NCBI RefSeq assembly: GCF_964204645.1
Contig: NC_134027.1
Span: 26,994,560-27,058,559, forward strand
DNA length: 64,000 nt
Reading direction: 5' to 3'
Source of the DNA: Tubulanus polymorphus
Taxonomy: Eukaryota > Animalia > Nemertea
Shown here: piece by piece, positions 63,011 through 64,000 of the stretch
Numbering within the stretch: position 1 is the stretch's first letter
Layout: the number at the start of each line of letters is the position of its first letter
Notes under the pieces: model-generated
Told to the model about the DNA's origin: nothing
The model's database searches: none
The model's input: the letters and a program-made list of their open reading frames with translations, nothing else
Program-made: the position numbers and the translations under genes

Positions 63011-63556
63011 TAATTTTATAAATGTCGCCGATTGAGTTAAACGTGTGTTACATTTCTATTTGTTCCAAATGACAAGTGTCCATGGGGATCAGTTCAGGCA
63101 ATAACAAATTAACACTTATATGATTCGATTCATTATAGATATATTACTTTTATTCATTTGACATAATTTTACATATATATACATGTACAATGTACAGCAA
63201 GTTGATAGGGCTTAACAGTTTGTAGCACCAGCGTAAATATTTTGTTCGCAATTAAGAACCGCAATTCAGGTTTTCATGATTTTAAAGATGATAAGTTTGA
63301 GTTTTAGTGACGACCGCTCAACTGAAGAATTCAAGACTCGTTTTTGCTCTTTCCATTTCATGAAGGAATGAATAGAACTGAGGTAGCGATAATTCTGAAA
63401 TAATCAAAACAAACTAAGGGTACAAGGACACCATGCCGACTTGGGGGAAATGCTTGACAAATTTCAATAATCGCTATAATCAAAGAGCATTCAGTGACCA
63501 ACAGTTTTGCAATTTATTGTTGTGCAATACAATATGTCTAGGTATGGGCATCCTCA

Positions 63557-63748
63557 CTTGCCAGGGTTTGGTTGCCACCGCCGACATAAACCCTGCCCTT
63601 CATTGGTCTATTACACCGCCCAAAATTTCTAGGGTCAACAGGTTGCTGCTCAGTGGCCACTAGTCTTATGTATTAAGCCAATCAGATGCGTTGTTTTTCA
63701 CCGGCAGACTTGCTCTATCAGAACCACACACCTGATTGGCTAGATACT
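63557..63748. mobile_element. Partial copy of the 53958-54275 MITE
   Basis: Shared CTTGCCAGGGTTTG, CATTGGTCTATTACA and ATGCGTTGTTTT(T)CACCG. Confidence 0.7.
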
Positions 63749-64000
63749 CAATGATTTATGAGGATGGATGGACGAAAAGTGAACGCAATAGCCAGCTGGG
63801 ACTGACAAGACTGAAAAACAAGAAGACAAAACTGTTTATGACAAGTACACTACTTACCCATATGTACGTTTTCCATCTTATTTCCCTTATTTATGACCAA
63901 TTTGAGCTAGAAATAGAGATAATAATTGTATAGAACTTGAATACAGAAGATTCCGTGATCGCCTCGGAGCTCGCAGGACTGAATTAATTCTGAATCTGAG

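Overview
AT-rich, intron-containing animal genomic DNA (an invertebrate bilaterian by inference; not prokaryotic, and no CRISPR, rRNA or true tRNA genes seen). Two spliced protein-coding genes on the + strand can be rebuilt exon by exon. (1) An MTG8/ETO/CBFA2T (nervy) transcriptional co-repressor with 9 common exons at 45902-49076 (NHR1/TAFH, NHR2, NHR3, MYND). It is preceded by about 45 kb of E-box-rich non-coding DNA holding several candidate alternative phase-1 first exons (6858, 20130, 42200, 42789, 45711) and a decayed tandem copy of one promoter/exon. (2) ANKRD27/VARP with 22 coding exons at 54356-62711 (about 1190 aa: VPS9, two CHPLCxCxxC zinc fingernails, two ankyrin sets) and an unexpected C-terminal WH2-like motif. 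The rest is MITEs (Harbinger-like with CWG TSD, piggyBac-like with TTAA TSD), a CORE-SINE, an RTE-like fragment, many mini/microsatellites, and a family of 27-41 bp hairpin micro-insertions flanked by 7-bp target-site duplications. All coordinates and counts were read by eye, and most ORFs in the supplied track are spurious.
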